Source: Gemmatimonadota bacterium (lineage in GTDB: Bacteria > Gemmatimonadota > Gemmatimonadetes > Palauibacterales > Palauibacteraceae). Taken from it: DNA of 34,166 bases. A program made the translations under genes and the position numbers. Below the pieces are notes generated by a model that saw only the letters and a program-made list of their open reading frames with translations, was not told where the DNA came from and did not search any database. Positions 8,300 to 17,286 of the stretch are shown here, in pieces. The stretch is from NCBI GenBank assembly GCA_039588275.1, contig JBDHAC010000035.1, positions 1 through 34,166 on the forward strand, read 5' to 3'. The first letter of the stretch is position 1; each line of letters starts with the position of its first letter.

Positions 8300-8715
8300 C
8301 TATTCCAGAGAACGCTCCATGAGCCGGTGCACCGGCTCATGGTCTGCGAAGAAGCTCCAGAGCACCACCTTCCCTGCCCTCACCACCGCCTTCCATGCCG
8401 CGGGGACTTCCCACCTGTAATCCGGCCGTAGCTCACCGTCCAGCGCGTAGGTTCCACGCGCGAGGCCGAACAGGGCGACCACGTCGTCCCGGCTCAACAC
8501 CTCCTCGATCTCGATCTCGTAGTCCGGGAAGAGGCGGTAATAATCGATCCACGCGTCCCGCATCGCATCGCGGCCCCTGAACGCCTGCCCGCCGGCGTCC
8601 ACGAACCTGTGATCGGGGCCCATCAACTCCATGAGCCCGTCCACATCGTGCGCGTTGATGGTTGATGGTTGATGAAGGAAACGAACCGGAGTGCGACGTC
8701 GGTCGGAGTCTCCAT
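8300..8715 (-). pseudogene. SnoaL/NTF2-like protein frameshifted by a heptamer expansion
   Basis: ATG 8715 gives METPTDVALRFVSFIN. Removing two of the three CATCAAC copies (14 nt) joins it in frame to AHDVDGLMELM...FPDYEIEIE, giving a 133-aa SnoaL-like ORF. Confidence 0.8.
8654..8674. repeat. (GTTGATG)x3 tandem repeat
   Basis: Three perfect 7-mers at 8654-8660, 8661-8667 and 8668-8674. Confidence 0.95.
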
Positions 8716-8817
8716 CTTCTCGATCCCCTGGGGCTACGGGAGAGCACGGGAACCACGTCTCCCCCGGTCCCTTTCACCCCAGGATCCCGGGCTCGGTTCC
8801 CGGCCGCGCCGGGGACT

Positions 8818-8846
8818 TTGACAGGGGTCCGGGCCAACCCTAGGGT
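8818..8846 (+). promoter_or_regulatory. sigma70-type promoter for bcp
   Basis: TTGACA-N17-TAGGGT, about 80 nt upstream of the ATG at 8925. Confidence 0.6.
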
Positions 8847-8924
8847 GGACAATCCCACCGCTCCAACGCCAGTCGACCCCGGCGAGCGAGCCGGCGGGCG
8901 CAAACCCCTGAATGGAGTCAGCCC

Positions 8925-9216
8925 ATGCTCTCCGAGGGGGACACCGCCCCCGATTTCGAGCTCGAGCCCCGACCGGGTCGAATCGCACCAGCGGTTTCGG
9001 GACAAGTACGATCTCAACTTCCGCCTCCTGGCCGACCCCGACCACGAGGTCGCCGAAGCCTTCGGGGCCTGGGGTCTCAAGAGGATGTACGGGCGCGAGT
9101 ACGAGGGGATCCTGCGCTCGACGTTCGTCATCGATGCGGATGGCACGATCGTCAGAGTCTACGCCAAGGTGAAGCCCGCGGACCACGCGGAGCGGATCCT
9201 GGCCGACCTAGAGTAG
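8925..9216 (+). pseudogene. bcp: Peroxiredoxin BCP/PrxQ with an internal deletion and frameshift
   Basis: RBS GGAG plus MLSEGDTAPDFELE (BCP N-terminus) joins directly, in another frame, to SPD..ESHQRF..KY.LNF.LLAD...RSTFVID..G (BCP C-terminal half). The YFYP..TPGC segment is absent. Confidence 0.8.
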
Positions 9217-9404
9217 CCCCTGGAGCGATTCGAAGCACCGGAAGCCAGGGCCGGCGCGCTTCGAAGGGCGATCTCGGGTGTGACGCGACCCCGGTTCGTA
9301 CCGTCTGCATTTACGAGGCGCTCGTACGCGGATTCCGGGGCTCTCTTGCGCCCGGCCGCGTAGGGCCTCTTCGTAAGGTGTCACGGAGACCACAGGAGCC
9401 ACCG

Positions 9405-11879
9405 ATGTACAAGGCGCGCGTAGGCAAGGCAGAGGCTCGAGGGGTGGCGACGGCGCTCGCCATGTTCCTCGCCGCAGGGGCCGCAACGTTCGCGACCGCG
9501 CAAGAACCCGAATACCAGGAGGTCCCCGAAGGAGCCGAATCGGCTGACGCATACGGCTACTTCAGGGTCATGGACGGGGATGCGACCCTGCTGCAGGCGG
9601 GGTCGGGCGAGCGGATTCGCGTGCAGACGAACGAGCCCGTGCTCGTCGGCGATCAGATCTTCCTGTCCAGCGGGCGAGCCGAAATCGTCCTGGCGGACCA
9701 CAACCTGATCCGTATCGGCGATGACGCCGAGCTGGGTCTGGAGGCGCTCGCCAACTCACCCGATGCCGCGGACCGGGTCACGATCATCGAACTGCGGCGC
9801 GGCAAGCTCCAGCTGGTCGTGGTCGAGGGACAGCTCGGTGACGAGTACCCGACGATCCTGACCCCGAACGCTACGATCCGCATTCTGGATCGAGGCTCCT
9901 ACTTCGTGGATCTGGACGGCGGCCCGCGCACAGAGCTGGTGGTCCGTGACGGACGTGCCGAAGTGTCGACCGAGTTCGAGGTGGCGGAGGTTCGGGTCGG
10001 TGAGGAGCTGAGGATCGAAGGGCGCTCGGGAGATCGTATTCGGTACGCCGACGCGCGCGGCCTGGACGGCCTCGAGCGCTGGGGTCGCGATCTCGCGTAC
10101 TACCGCGACGGGGAGTACCGCGACTACGTCGATAGCGACCTCTACTACGGGGCCTCGAGCCTGTACGGACACGGGCAGTGGGTCACGGTCGGGGCTCGCT
10201 ACGCGTGGAGGCCGTATGTGGGCGCCGGGTGGCTCCCGTACCACCACGGGCGCTGGCGATACACGCCGACCGGGATGTTCTGGGTCTCGTACGAGCCCTG
10301 GGGCTGGGTCCCGTACCACTACGGTAGCTGGGACTTCGTGGGAGGCTACGGCTGGGTGTGGTACCCGGGTCGCTACTTCCGTCCCGCGCACGTCTACTGG
10401 TACTGGGGGCCGCACTACGCGGGGTGGATCCCGTCCGGATACTACAATCGGCACTACGGACACTACTACGGACGCGGGTTCGGTTTCTACGGCGGCGTGT
10501 ACGGATACCTGGGCGGAGGGTTCGGACCGTTCCGCTACTGGGTGTTCTCCCCCCTCGGTCGGCTGGGGCACTACCGGCAGCACCAGTACGTGTTCAACGG
10601 ATACGAGCTGTCCCGACGTCAGAAGACGCTGGGTCGCGGGATTCTGACGACGGACACCCGTCACCTGCGACCTGAGTTGTGGCGGCGACCCACGGACGCG
10701 CTCCACACGCTGCGGCGTGTCGGCGGTGCGACCGCCGCCCGCGATCTACCCAACGCCCGGCCGTTCGTGGAACGGGTCGCGAAGCTGCCACCGACGCTCG
10801 AGCGGACCGCGTTGCGCGGAATCGAGAATGGTCGGCTGACCGGCCGGCCCGCGAGGGCGGACCTGGCAGATATCGAGGCCCGCAGCCCGAACGCGCTGCC
10901 TCGACAGAGGAACGCCGCGGCTCTGGAGCGAGGCGGAGTGGGCGAGCGCACCAACCGAGGGCTCCCGACTGTCGAGCGCCGCCAGGGGGCCGAGACCCTG
11001 CGACGTCCCGAGACTCGCTCCGCGGGAGAGCGTACCCTCGAGCGCGAAGCGGCGGGCCGAACGGGCGCGGCACGCCCCACCGCACGGCCGACCGGGCGTA
11101 CGCAACCCGGTGTGACACGGCCCGAAGCCCGGCGACCTACGGCGCAACCACGCGGTGAGGACGCCCGGCGCACGCTGGAGCGGCCTACGCGCCAAGCGCC
11201 GGCGGCGCGACCGGAGCGTCCATCGACGATCCGACCGCAGGTCGAGCGGCCAACGGCCCGGCCGCAGGCCAGGCCCACGAGCCGGCCGGCGCCGAGACCG
11301 CAGGCCAGACCCAGTGGCCGCAGCGGGTCGCGCCCTCAGGCGCGGCCCACCAGTCGACCGGCACCACGACCGACCGCCAGACCCAGCGGCCGCAGCGGCG
11401 GGTCGCGTCCTCAGGCGCGGCCCACCAGCCGTCCCGCACCAAGGCCACAGGCCAGGCCCACGAGCCGGCCGGCACCACGGCCGACGGCGAGGTCCACCAG
11501 TCGACCCGCACCACGACCGACCGCCAGACCCAGCGGTCGTAGCGGCGGGTCGCGTCCTCAGGCGCGGCCCACCAGCCGTCCCGCACCCAGGCCACAAGCC
11601 AGGCCGAGCAGCAGACCAGCGCCAAGACCTCAAGCCAGATCCAGCGGCAGATCCGCACCAAGGCCTCAGGCGCGACCCAGCCGGCCGGCACCGAGACCGC
11701 AGGCCAGACCCAGCAGCAGATCGGCGCCACGGCCGCAGGCTAGGCCCGCGAGCCGGTCCGCACCGAGGCCGCAGGCCAGGCCGAGCAGCAGATCGGCACC
11801 GAGGCCGCAGGTACGGCGGAGTAGCAGCCGCTCGCGCCCGACGGCCCGCAGGGGCGGGGGCGGAGACCCCGAGGACTAG
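9405..11879 (+). CDS. Secreted FecR-domain/DUF6600-type protein with a Trp/Tyr/Gly-rich region and an Arg/Pro/Ser repeat tail
   Basis: RBS CAGGAG plus ATG 9405; signal peptide (ATA|Q); FecR-like GD......RAEI.L...N.IRI...TPNATI; W.PY..G.W...EPWGW.PYHYG.W motif. Confidence 0.8.
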   Translation: MYKARVGKAEARGVATALAMFLAAGAATFATAQEPEYQEVPEGAESADAYGYFRVMDGDATLLQAGSGERIRVQTNEPVLVGDQIFLSSGRAEIVLADHNLIRIGDDAELGLEALANSPDAADRVTIIELRRGKLQLVVVEGQLGDEYPTILTPNATIRILDRGSYFVDLDGGPRTELVVRDGRAEVSTEFEVAEVRVGEELRIEGRSGDRIRYADARGLDGLERWGRDLAYYRDGEYRDYVDSDLYYGASSLYGHGQWVTVGARYAWRPYVGAGWLPYHHGRWRYTPTGMFWVSYEPWGWVPYHYGSWDFVGGYGWVWYPGRYFRPAHVYWYWGPHYAGWIPSGYYNRHYGHYYGRGFGFYGGVYGYLGGGFGPFRYWVFSPLGRLGHYRQHQYVFNGYELSRRQKTLGRGILTTDTRHLRPELWRRPTDALHTLRRVGGATAARDLPNARPFVERVAKLPPTLERTALRGIENGRLTGRPARADLADIEARSPNALPRQRNAAALERGGVGERTNRGLPTVERRQGAETLRRPETRSAGERTLEREAAGRTGAARPTARPTGRTQPGVTRPEARRPTAQPRGEDARRTLERPTRQAPAARPERPSTIRPQVERPTARPQARPTSRPAPRPQARPSGRSGSRPQARPTSRPAPRPTARPSGRSGGSRPQARPTSRPAPRPQARPTSRPAPRPTARSTSRPAPRPTARPSGRSGGSRPQARPTSRPAPRPQARPSSRPAPRPQARSSGRSAPRPQARPSRPAPRPQARPSSRSAPRPQARPASRSAPRPQARPSSRSAPRPQVRRSSSRSRPTARRGGGGDPED
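11259..11834 (+). repeat. About 16 degenerate ~36-bp coding repeats, consensus RP(Q/T)ARP(T/S)SR(P/S)AP
   Basis: Read from the translation of the 3' end of the 9405 ORF. Confidence 0.9.
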
Positions 11880-11971
11880 GCTCGGTCGCAGCCCCGCGTC
11901 GCGCGCGGGAACCATCGCCCGAGACAGGTGAACCCGGGCCGCCCAAACGGCGGTCCGTTTCGCCTAGAAGA

Positions 11972-12541
11972 TCAGACAGTCGGCCACACGGTCGGATCCC
12001 GCTCCATGAAGTCCTCCGGGTCGACCCCCAACGCGTCAGCCATCCTCGCATAGTAATTGAAGAAGCCGATCACCTCGGTGGCCGTGAGGATCTCCCCATC
12101 GGTCCACCCGTGCCCGCGTAGCTCGTCGATCGTACGCCGCGTGACCGTGTCCGGCTCGTTCGTGACCTGGACGGCGAAATCCATGAGCGCGCGCGTCTTC
12201 GAGTCCAGCGCCGCACTCCGGTAGTCACGTCGGACCTGCTCGGCGAGCCCTTCATCCCCGGTTACGACACGGAGATCCTCTCCGTGGGCCTCCGTTCAGT
12301 AGAAACAGTCCAATTCGCGGGATGTGACCGTCGCGAGCATCTCCCGCATCTCTCGCGACAGGGGCCCCGGCCCCAGCATCAACGCTTTGTAGAGGCGAAT
12401 CGAGGCATCGAGCACGGGCGCGTTCAGACTCTGGATGCTCACGATATTGAACACACGCCCGGCACGGGCCATCGCCTGGTCGTACTGGAGTTTGAGAAAG
12501 CCGGTCGCGTCCTCGGGCGAGATCGTCCGTATGTAGGGCAT
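11972..12541 (-). CDS. AhpD-like/carboxymuconolactone decarboxylase-family peroxidase-related protein, probable selenoprotein (CxxU)
   Basis: ATG 12541 gives MPYI...REMLATVTSRELDCFY, then TGA (12298-12296), then TEAHGEDLR...DGEILTATEVIGFFNYYARMADALGV in the same frame. The TGA occupies the second Cys position of the AhpD CxxCxxxH motif. Confidence 0.88.
12268..12286 (-). promoter_or_regulatory. Putative bacterial SECIS element
   Basis: Perfect stem CACGGAGA-GGA-UCUCCGUG starting 9 nt after the in-frame UGA, with a G-containing apical loop. Confidence 0.7.
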
Positions 12542-12748
12542 GCCGCTCGTGTCCTTTCCCACTTGATCCACCTCTGGCGCGGGGCCCGGCGGCCTGGAGG
12601 CCGGAAACCCGCCTTGAAACACTAGAGCGGCTCGAGCGCCGTTGCACCCCGGTCGACGCGGCCGCGGGACCCTCGGGACGCGTAAGCCGGTATGTTATTT
12701 GCCTCTGGGCGATTGGCGAGCCATTCACCGGTCGACCGACGAGTGTAC

Positions 12749-14905
12749 ATGCGAGCTGAAACAGCACCCCGGGCCGGTTCTGAAAACCCGGAAGCCACCA
12801 GGGACGTGCGGGGCGATCGCAGGCGGGGATCGGCGGCTCGGTTCTCTTCCACCGCTGCACTCCTGTGGCTGTTCGCGGCCACGGGAGCGGTGCTCATGCA
12901 CGTTCGGGCTTCCCAATCGGTGTGGCACGACCCCACGTTTCCCCTGATGGGGAAGCTCTCGCTCCTGGGCCTCGAGCTGGCGCTCCTCGCATATCCCTGC
13001 GTGATCGTCGCCCTTCCCGTCTTCGTGCTGCTCGAGTCGTCTGGAAGCGGCTGGCGATCGTCGGGGGGGACCCTCCGTCTGGCAAGATGGATCGGAGCCC
13101 TGGCGGCGCTGTGGCTGCCCGCGCTCGCGTATGCGGCCTCGTGGGCGACCCTCCGCAGCACGGGACATTTCCTGAACGCCTCGATGGTGCGGGTGTGGTG
13201 GAGCAACCCGGTTCAGATCCTCCAGCATGCGAGCCACATGGAGCCGCTCACGATCGTGGTCGCGGTCATCGGGACGCTGGCGTTCGCGGGAGGCGTCGGG
13301 TGGCTCCTGTACCGCACCCGCGGGCCCCGCGGCGGTCGCTGGGGGTGGACGCTCACGGGCGCGGCCGTCGCTCTGGTGGCGGCCTGCCTGCTGCTTCCTG
13401 ACAAGATCGGGTGGGCCGCCGTCGACGGGTTCCTCCGGGCGCGGCGCGCCGAGGCCACGGGCCCCCTCGTCGGCCTGGTCGCGGATGCCCGGTCGAGGTC
13501 CATGTTCAGCCAGGACTCGATCTTCCAACGTGTGGAGCCGCTCGTCCACCTTCCGCCGATCGTCCCCATGAGCGAATACGTAACCGGCCTGCCCCATGAG
13601 TGGGCGGACGAAGGCGCCGCATCTTCAGCGCGACGATACAACGTCTTGCTCGTGGTGGTGGAGTCGCTGCGATCCGATCAACTGGTAACGTTCGGCGGCG
13701 ATCGGACGGTCATGCCGACGGTCGACGCCATCGCGGCATCCGGGCGTCGCTTCACCCGGCACTACACGCAGGCGAGCCACTCCGACTACGCGGATCCGAC
13801 GATCCTCTCCTCGCACTATCCCCTCCGGTCCAACGTGTATCACGTCTATCCGGACGTACCGCCCTATCCGCGTGTGCTGATATACGATGTGCTCGCATCT
13901 CTCGGGTACCGGGCTGGGATCTTCTCGTCGCAGAACGAGGCCTGGGGAGGGATGAAGCATTACCTGGACACGGGGAGCCTGGACAGATTCCTTCACTCCG
14001 AGACGTATGACGGCCCGACGTACGTGCCGGACAGGGACGAAGGATTCGCCGGGTGGGCGAAGGGAACGAGGAGATCGGGCAAGATCGACGATCGCTTCAC
14101 GGTCAACGAAGCGATTCAGTGGATCGGCGAGGCCGAAGAACCCTTCGTCATCTACATGAACCTGCAAAACAGCCACGTCCCGTACGTGGTCCCGAGCGAC
14201 TTCGACCCGCCGTTCGGCAGCGGGCAGGTGTCGTTCCCTATCCTGTTCGGCTCGTTTCCCGAGGACTCGATCCAGGCCGTGAAGGACCTGTACGCGAGCA
14301 GCTTGGCGTATGTCGACTATCAGCTCGCGCGGTTGGTGAGTTTCCTCGAGGGCTCCGGGCTGATGAGCGAGACCGTGATCGTCATTACGTCCGATACGGG
14401 GCAAGCCTTCTACGAGCACGGATTCACGTCACACGCCGGCGCCCTGTACGACGAGGTGATGCACGTGCCCCTCGTGATCCGGTCGCCCGGGTTGGAGCCC
14501 GGCGATGAGTCGGGCTTGTCCCAGCACATCGACATCCCGCCCACCGTCCTGGGACTCATGGGCCTGCCGCCGCACCCGAGTTTTCAGGGCGTCGATCTCC
14601 TGGCTCCCTCGGCCGACGAGCGCGGGGGGAGGAGCATCTTCCTGGTGGGACAAGCGCTCGAGGATCAGTACTCGCTCGTCGAGGACCGCTGGAAGCTGAT
14701 CTTCGACGCCAAGCTCGGCGAGTACCAGCTCTACGATCTGGAGGTCGACCCGGGTGAGGTGGAGGATCTGGCGATGAGGCGTCCGGAGATCGCCGCCGCG
14801 TTGGCGACACGCCTGCAAGGATGGAGGAAGGCGCAGCTGCAGTACTACAGCGATCCGATCGCATATCGGAGCACCTATCCCCCGCGGGTGCGGGGTATGC
14901 GGTGA
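12749..14905 (+). CDS. Membrane-anchored sulfatase/alkaline-phosphatase superfamily protein (LtaS/YejM-like architecture), paralog 1
   Basis: About five N-terminal TM segments, then NVLLVVVESLR, ASHSDYA, SHVPY, TSDTG, LYDEVMHVPL, IDIPPT and LYDL..DPGE. The start is uncertain. Confidence 0.8.
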   Translation: MRAETAPRAGSENPEATRDVRGDRRRGSAARFSSTAALLWLFAATGAVLMHVRASQSVWHDPTFPLMGKLSLLGLELALLAYPCVIVALPVFVLLESSGSGWRSSGGTLRLARWIGALAALWLPALAYAASWATLRSTGHFLNASMVRVWWSNPVQILQHASHMEPLTIVVAVIGTLAFAGGVGWLLYRTRGPRGGRWGWTLTGAAVALVAACLLLPDKIGWAAVDGFLRARRAEATGPLVGLVADARSRSMFSQDSIFQRVEPLVHLPPIVPMSEYVTGLPHEWADEGAASSARRYNVLLVVVESLRSDQLVTFGGDRTVMPTVDAIAASGRRFTRHYTQASHSDYADPTILSSHYPLRSNVYHVYPDVPPYPRVLIYDVLASLGYRAGIFSSQNEAWGGMKHYLDTGSLDRFLHSETYDGPTYVPDRDEGFAGWAKGTRRSGKIDDRFTVNEAIQWIGEAEEPFVIYMNLQNSHVPYVVPSDFDPPFGSGQVSFPILFGSFPEDSIQAVKDLYASSLAYVDYQLARLVSFLEGSGLMSETVIVITSDTGQAFYEHGFTSHAGALYDEVMHVPLVIRSPGLEPGDESGLSQHIDIPPTVLGLMGLPPHPSFQGVDLLAPSADERGGRSIFLVGQALEDQYSLVEDRWKLIFDAKLGEYQLYDLEVDPGEVEDLAMRRPEIAAALATRLQGWRKAQLQYYSDPIAYRSTYPPRVRGMR

Positions 14906-14935
14906 GAGAAGAGGCGTTGCGCGAGGGAGAGACGG

Positions 14936-17143
14936 TTGGCGACTGACGACACCGGTGGACTCACTGCAGGCGAGTCGCACCAGGAGTCTGGCGGAAGGCG
15001 GCGACCCGGAGTACCGGTCCGCTTGCTCGCCACGGGCGCCCTTCTGTGGTTCGCAGCGTGCGTCGGGGCGATTGCCCTACACGTATCGGCTCCCCTGACG
15101 GCATGGCACGACGACACGTTACCGAGGATGGCGAGGGCATCATTCCTCGGGCTGGAGCTCTTCTTCCTCGCCTACGTCTGCCTCGCCCTGACCCTCCCGG
15201 TGTTCATGCTCCTGGGCCGCCCACGGATCGATGCCATCCCGTCGCGCAGGACCGCCGTCGTGCTCCGTCTCGGCGGGATCGTGGCCGTCCTGTGGCTCGG
15301 CGCCTTCGCGTACGTGGCCTCCTGGATGGTCTTCCGAAGCACGGGCCACTTCCTGGACCTGACGACCCTGCTGTTGTGGTGGACCAACCCGGTTCAGATG
15401 CTCCAGCACGCGATACACATGGAGCCCCTCACACCGGTGACGGGACTGCTCGGCTCACTGCTGTTCGCGAGCGGCGTAACGTACATCCTGTGGCGCACGC
15501 AGCGGTCTCCCAGCAGACGCTGGAGGCTGGTCATCTCGGGTGCGGGCTTGTTGCTCGTCCTCGCCTGCCTGTACCTCCCGTCCGTCATAGGCTGGAATGC
15601 GGATATCGGGCTGGCGAAGTCGCGCTTGTTCGATTCCACCGGTCCGTTCGTGCGTTTGAGCGCGGACCTGCGCTATCGGCTCACGGCCGACAATGACTCG
15701 ACGTTCAAGCGGGTGACGCCGGTCCTGGATAACAGGGCGATCGTTCCGATGGAAGAATACGTCGGCAACCGCTCCCAACGGTCGACCGTCGCCCCGTCGA
15801 GTGTCGACGCCGAGTCCGGTGTCGACGCCGGGTCGGGTGTCGAAGCCCGGCAATCGCAGGGGGCCAACGTACTCGTCATCGTCGTGGAGTCTCTCCGACC
15901 CGATCAGCTGTTGTCTTTCGGGGGCGAGCGAACCGTGATGCCTACGGTCGACGGGATCGCCCGCTCGGGGCGCCGATTCACCCGTCACTATACACAGGCG
16001 AGTCACTCGGACTATGCGGACCCGACGATCCTGTCATCACATTATCCACTCCGCTCGTCCATGTATCACATCTACCCCGAGACACCGCCGTACCCCCGCG
16101 TACTGATCTACGATGTCCTTTCAGCGCTGGGGTATCGGGTGGGCATCTTCTCGTCCCAGAATGAATCGTGGCAGGGGATGAAGAACTACCTGGACACCGG
16201 GAACGTGGACAGGTTTCTGGATTCCGAGACATACGATGGTCCGACGTACGTGCCCCCCGGGGACAAGGTCTTCGAGGACTGGCTGCGTGAGGCAGGGAAA
16301 TCGGGCAAGATCGACGATCGCCATACGGTGGCGGAAGCGATCGACTGGATTGACGAGAGCCATCGACCCTTCGTCATCTACATGAACCTGCAAAACAGCC
16401 ACGTGCCGTACGTGGTCCCGCCCGATTTCGATCCGCCGTACGGGAGCGGACGGGTCTCGTTTCCGATACGCTTCGCGTCTTTCCCGCGCGACTCCGTTCA
16501 AGCCGTCAAGGATCTCTACTCCAGCAGCCTCGCGTACGTGGACGCGCAGCTCACCCGGCTCGTTGATTTCCTCGAGGAAACCGGGCGCCTGGACAACACC
16601 ATCGTCGTACTCACCTCCGACACGGGACAGGCGTTCTACGAGCACGAATTCGCATCGCACGGTAGCGCGCTGTACGACGAGGTCATGAGGACCCCGCTCA
16701 TCATCCAGGCGCCGGGCCTCGAGCCCGGCGACGAGGCGGGTCTGTCTCAACACATTGACGTTCCGCCAACCGTGCTCGCGCTGTTGGGTCTGCCACCGCA
16801 CCCGAGCTTCCAGGGTCGGGACCTGCTCACGCCGATGACGGAATCGGCGGACGACCCCACGGTGTATCTCGTCGGGCAGGTGCTCGTCGAGCAGTATGCG
16901 ATCGTGCGTGACCGCTGGAAGTTGATCTTCGACGCGAGGACGCGGTCGTACGAACTGTTCGATCTCCATTCAGATCCGAAGGAACTGGAGAACGTCTCGT
17001 CCGTGCACCCTGACACGGTCACCGGGCTCGCGGCTCGACTGCACGGGTGGCGGAAGGCGCAGCTGGACTACTATTCCAATCCGGCCGCCTACCGGACACG
17101 GTATCCACCGCGCCTGCTCGGGATCCGATCTGAGCGGCCCTGA
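14936..17143 (+). CDS. Membrane-anchored sulfatase/alkaline-phosphatase superfamily protein, paralog 2
   Basis: Same architecture, with long identical peptide blocks shared with paralog 1 (e.g. SGRRFTRHYTQASHSDYADPTILSSHYPLRS, IYMNLQNSHVPYVVP). Confidence 0.8.
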   Translation: MATDDTGGLTAGESHQESGGRRRPGVPVRLLATGALLWFAACVGAIALHVSAPLTAWHDDTLPRMARASFLGLELFFLAYVCLALTLPVFMLLGRPRIDAIPSRRTAVVLRLGGIVAVLWLGAFAYVASWMVFRSTGHFLDLTTLLLWWTNPVQMLQHAIHMEPLTPVTGLLGSLLFASGVTYILWRTQRSPSRRWRLVISGAGLLLVLACLYLPSVIGWNADIGLAKSRLFDSTGPFVRLSADLRYRLTADNDSTFKRVTPVLDNRAIVPMEEYVGNRSQRSTVAPSSVDAESGVDAGSGVEARQSQGANVLVIVVESLRPDQLLSFGGERTVMPTVDGIARSGRRFTRHYTQASHSDYADPTILSSHYPLRSSMYHIYPETPPYPRVLIYDVLSALGYRVGIFSSQNESWQGMKNYLDTGNVDRFLDSETYDGPTYVPPGDKVFEDWLREAGKSGKIDDRHTVAEAIDWIDESHRPFVIYMNLQNSHVPYVVPPDFDPPYGSGRVSFPIRFASFPRDSVQAVKDLYSSSLAYVDAQLTRLVDFLEETGRLDNTIVVLTSDTGQAFYEHEFASHGSALYDEVMRTPLIIQAPGLEPGDEAGLSQHIDVPPTVLALLGLPPHPSFQGRDLLTPMTESADDPTVYLVGQVLVEQYAIVRDRWKLIFDARTRSYELFDLHSDPKELENVSSVHPDTVTGLAARLHGWRKAQLDYYSNPAAYRTRYPPRLLGIRSERP

Positions 17144-17286
17144 TACGATCTTCTCCCGGCCCCGGCATGTCGCTCGAAGGTCCGGTGGTTCTCGATCTTG
17201 CTGTCGCGGCGGCTCGGACACATTCTGCGCTGGATGTCGTGTGGTCGGGCCGTGGCGCGTGGTCAACGTGGTTTCAGGAGGTCAAG

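Noticed and set aside
9278..9307. ECF-like promoter (GTGAC-N17-CGTCT) upstream of the FecR/DUF6600 gene
   Set aside because: Short degenerate motif in GC-rich DNA that cannot be distinguished from chance without TSS data.
11259..11834. Repeats with ~36-bp period as a CRISPR array
   Set aside because: They are degenerate in-frame coding repeats with no unique spacers, and no cas genes are present.
8925..11879. 984-aa ORF as a real BCP-FecR fusion
   Set aside because: Only 14 codons are BCP; the next ~145 are off-frame bcp and intergenic sequence. A proper RBS, ATG and signal peptide occur at 9405.
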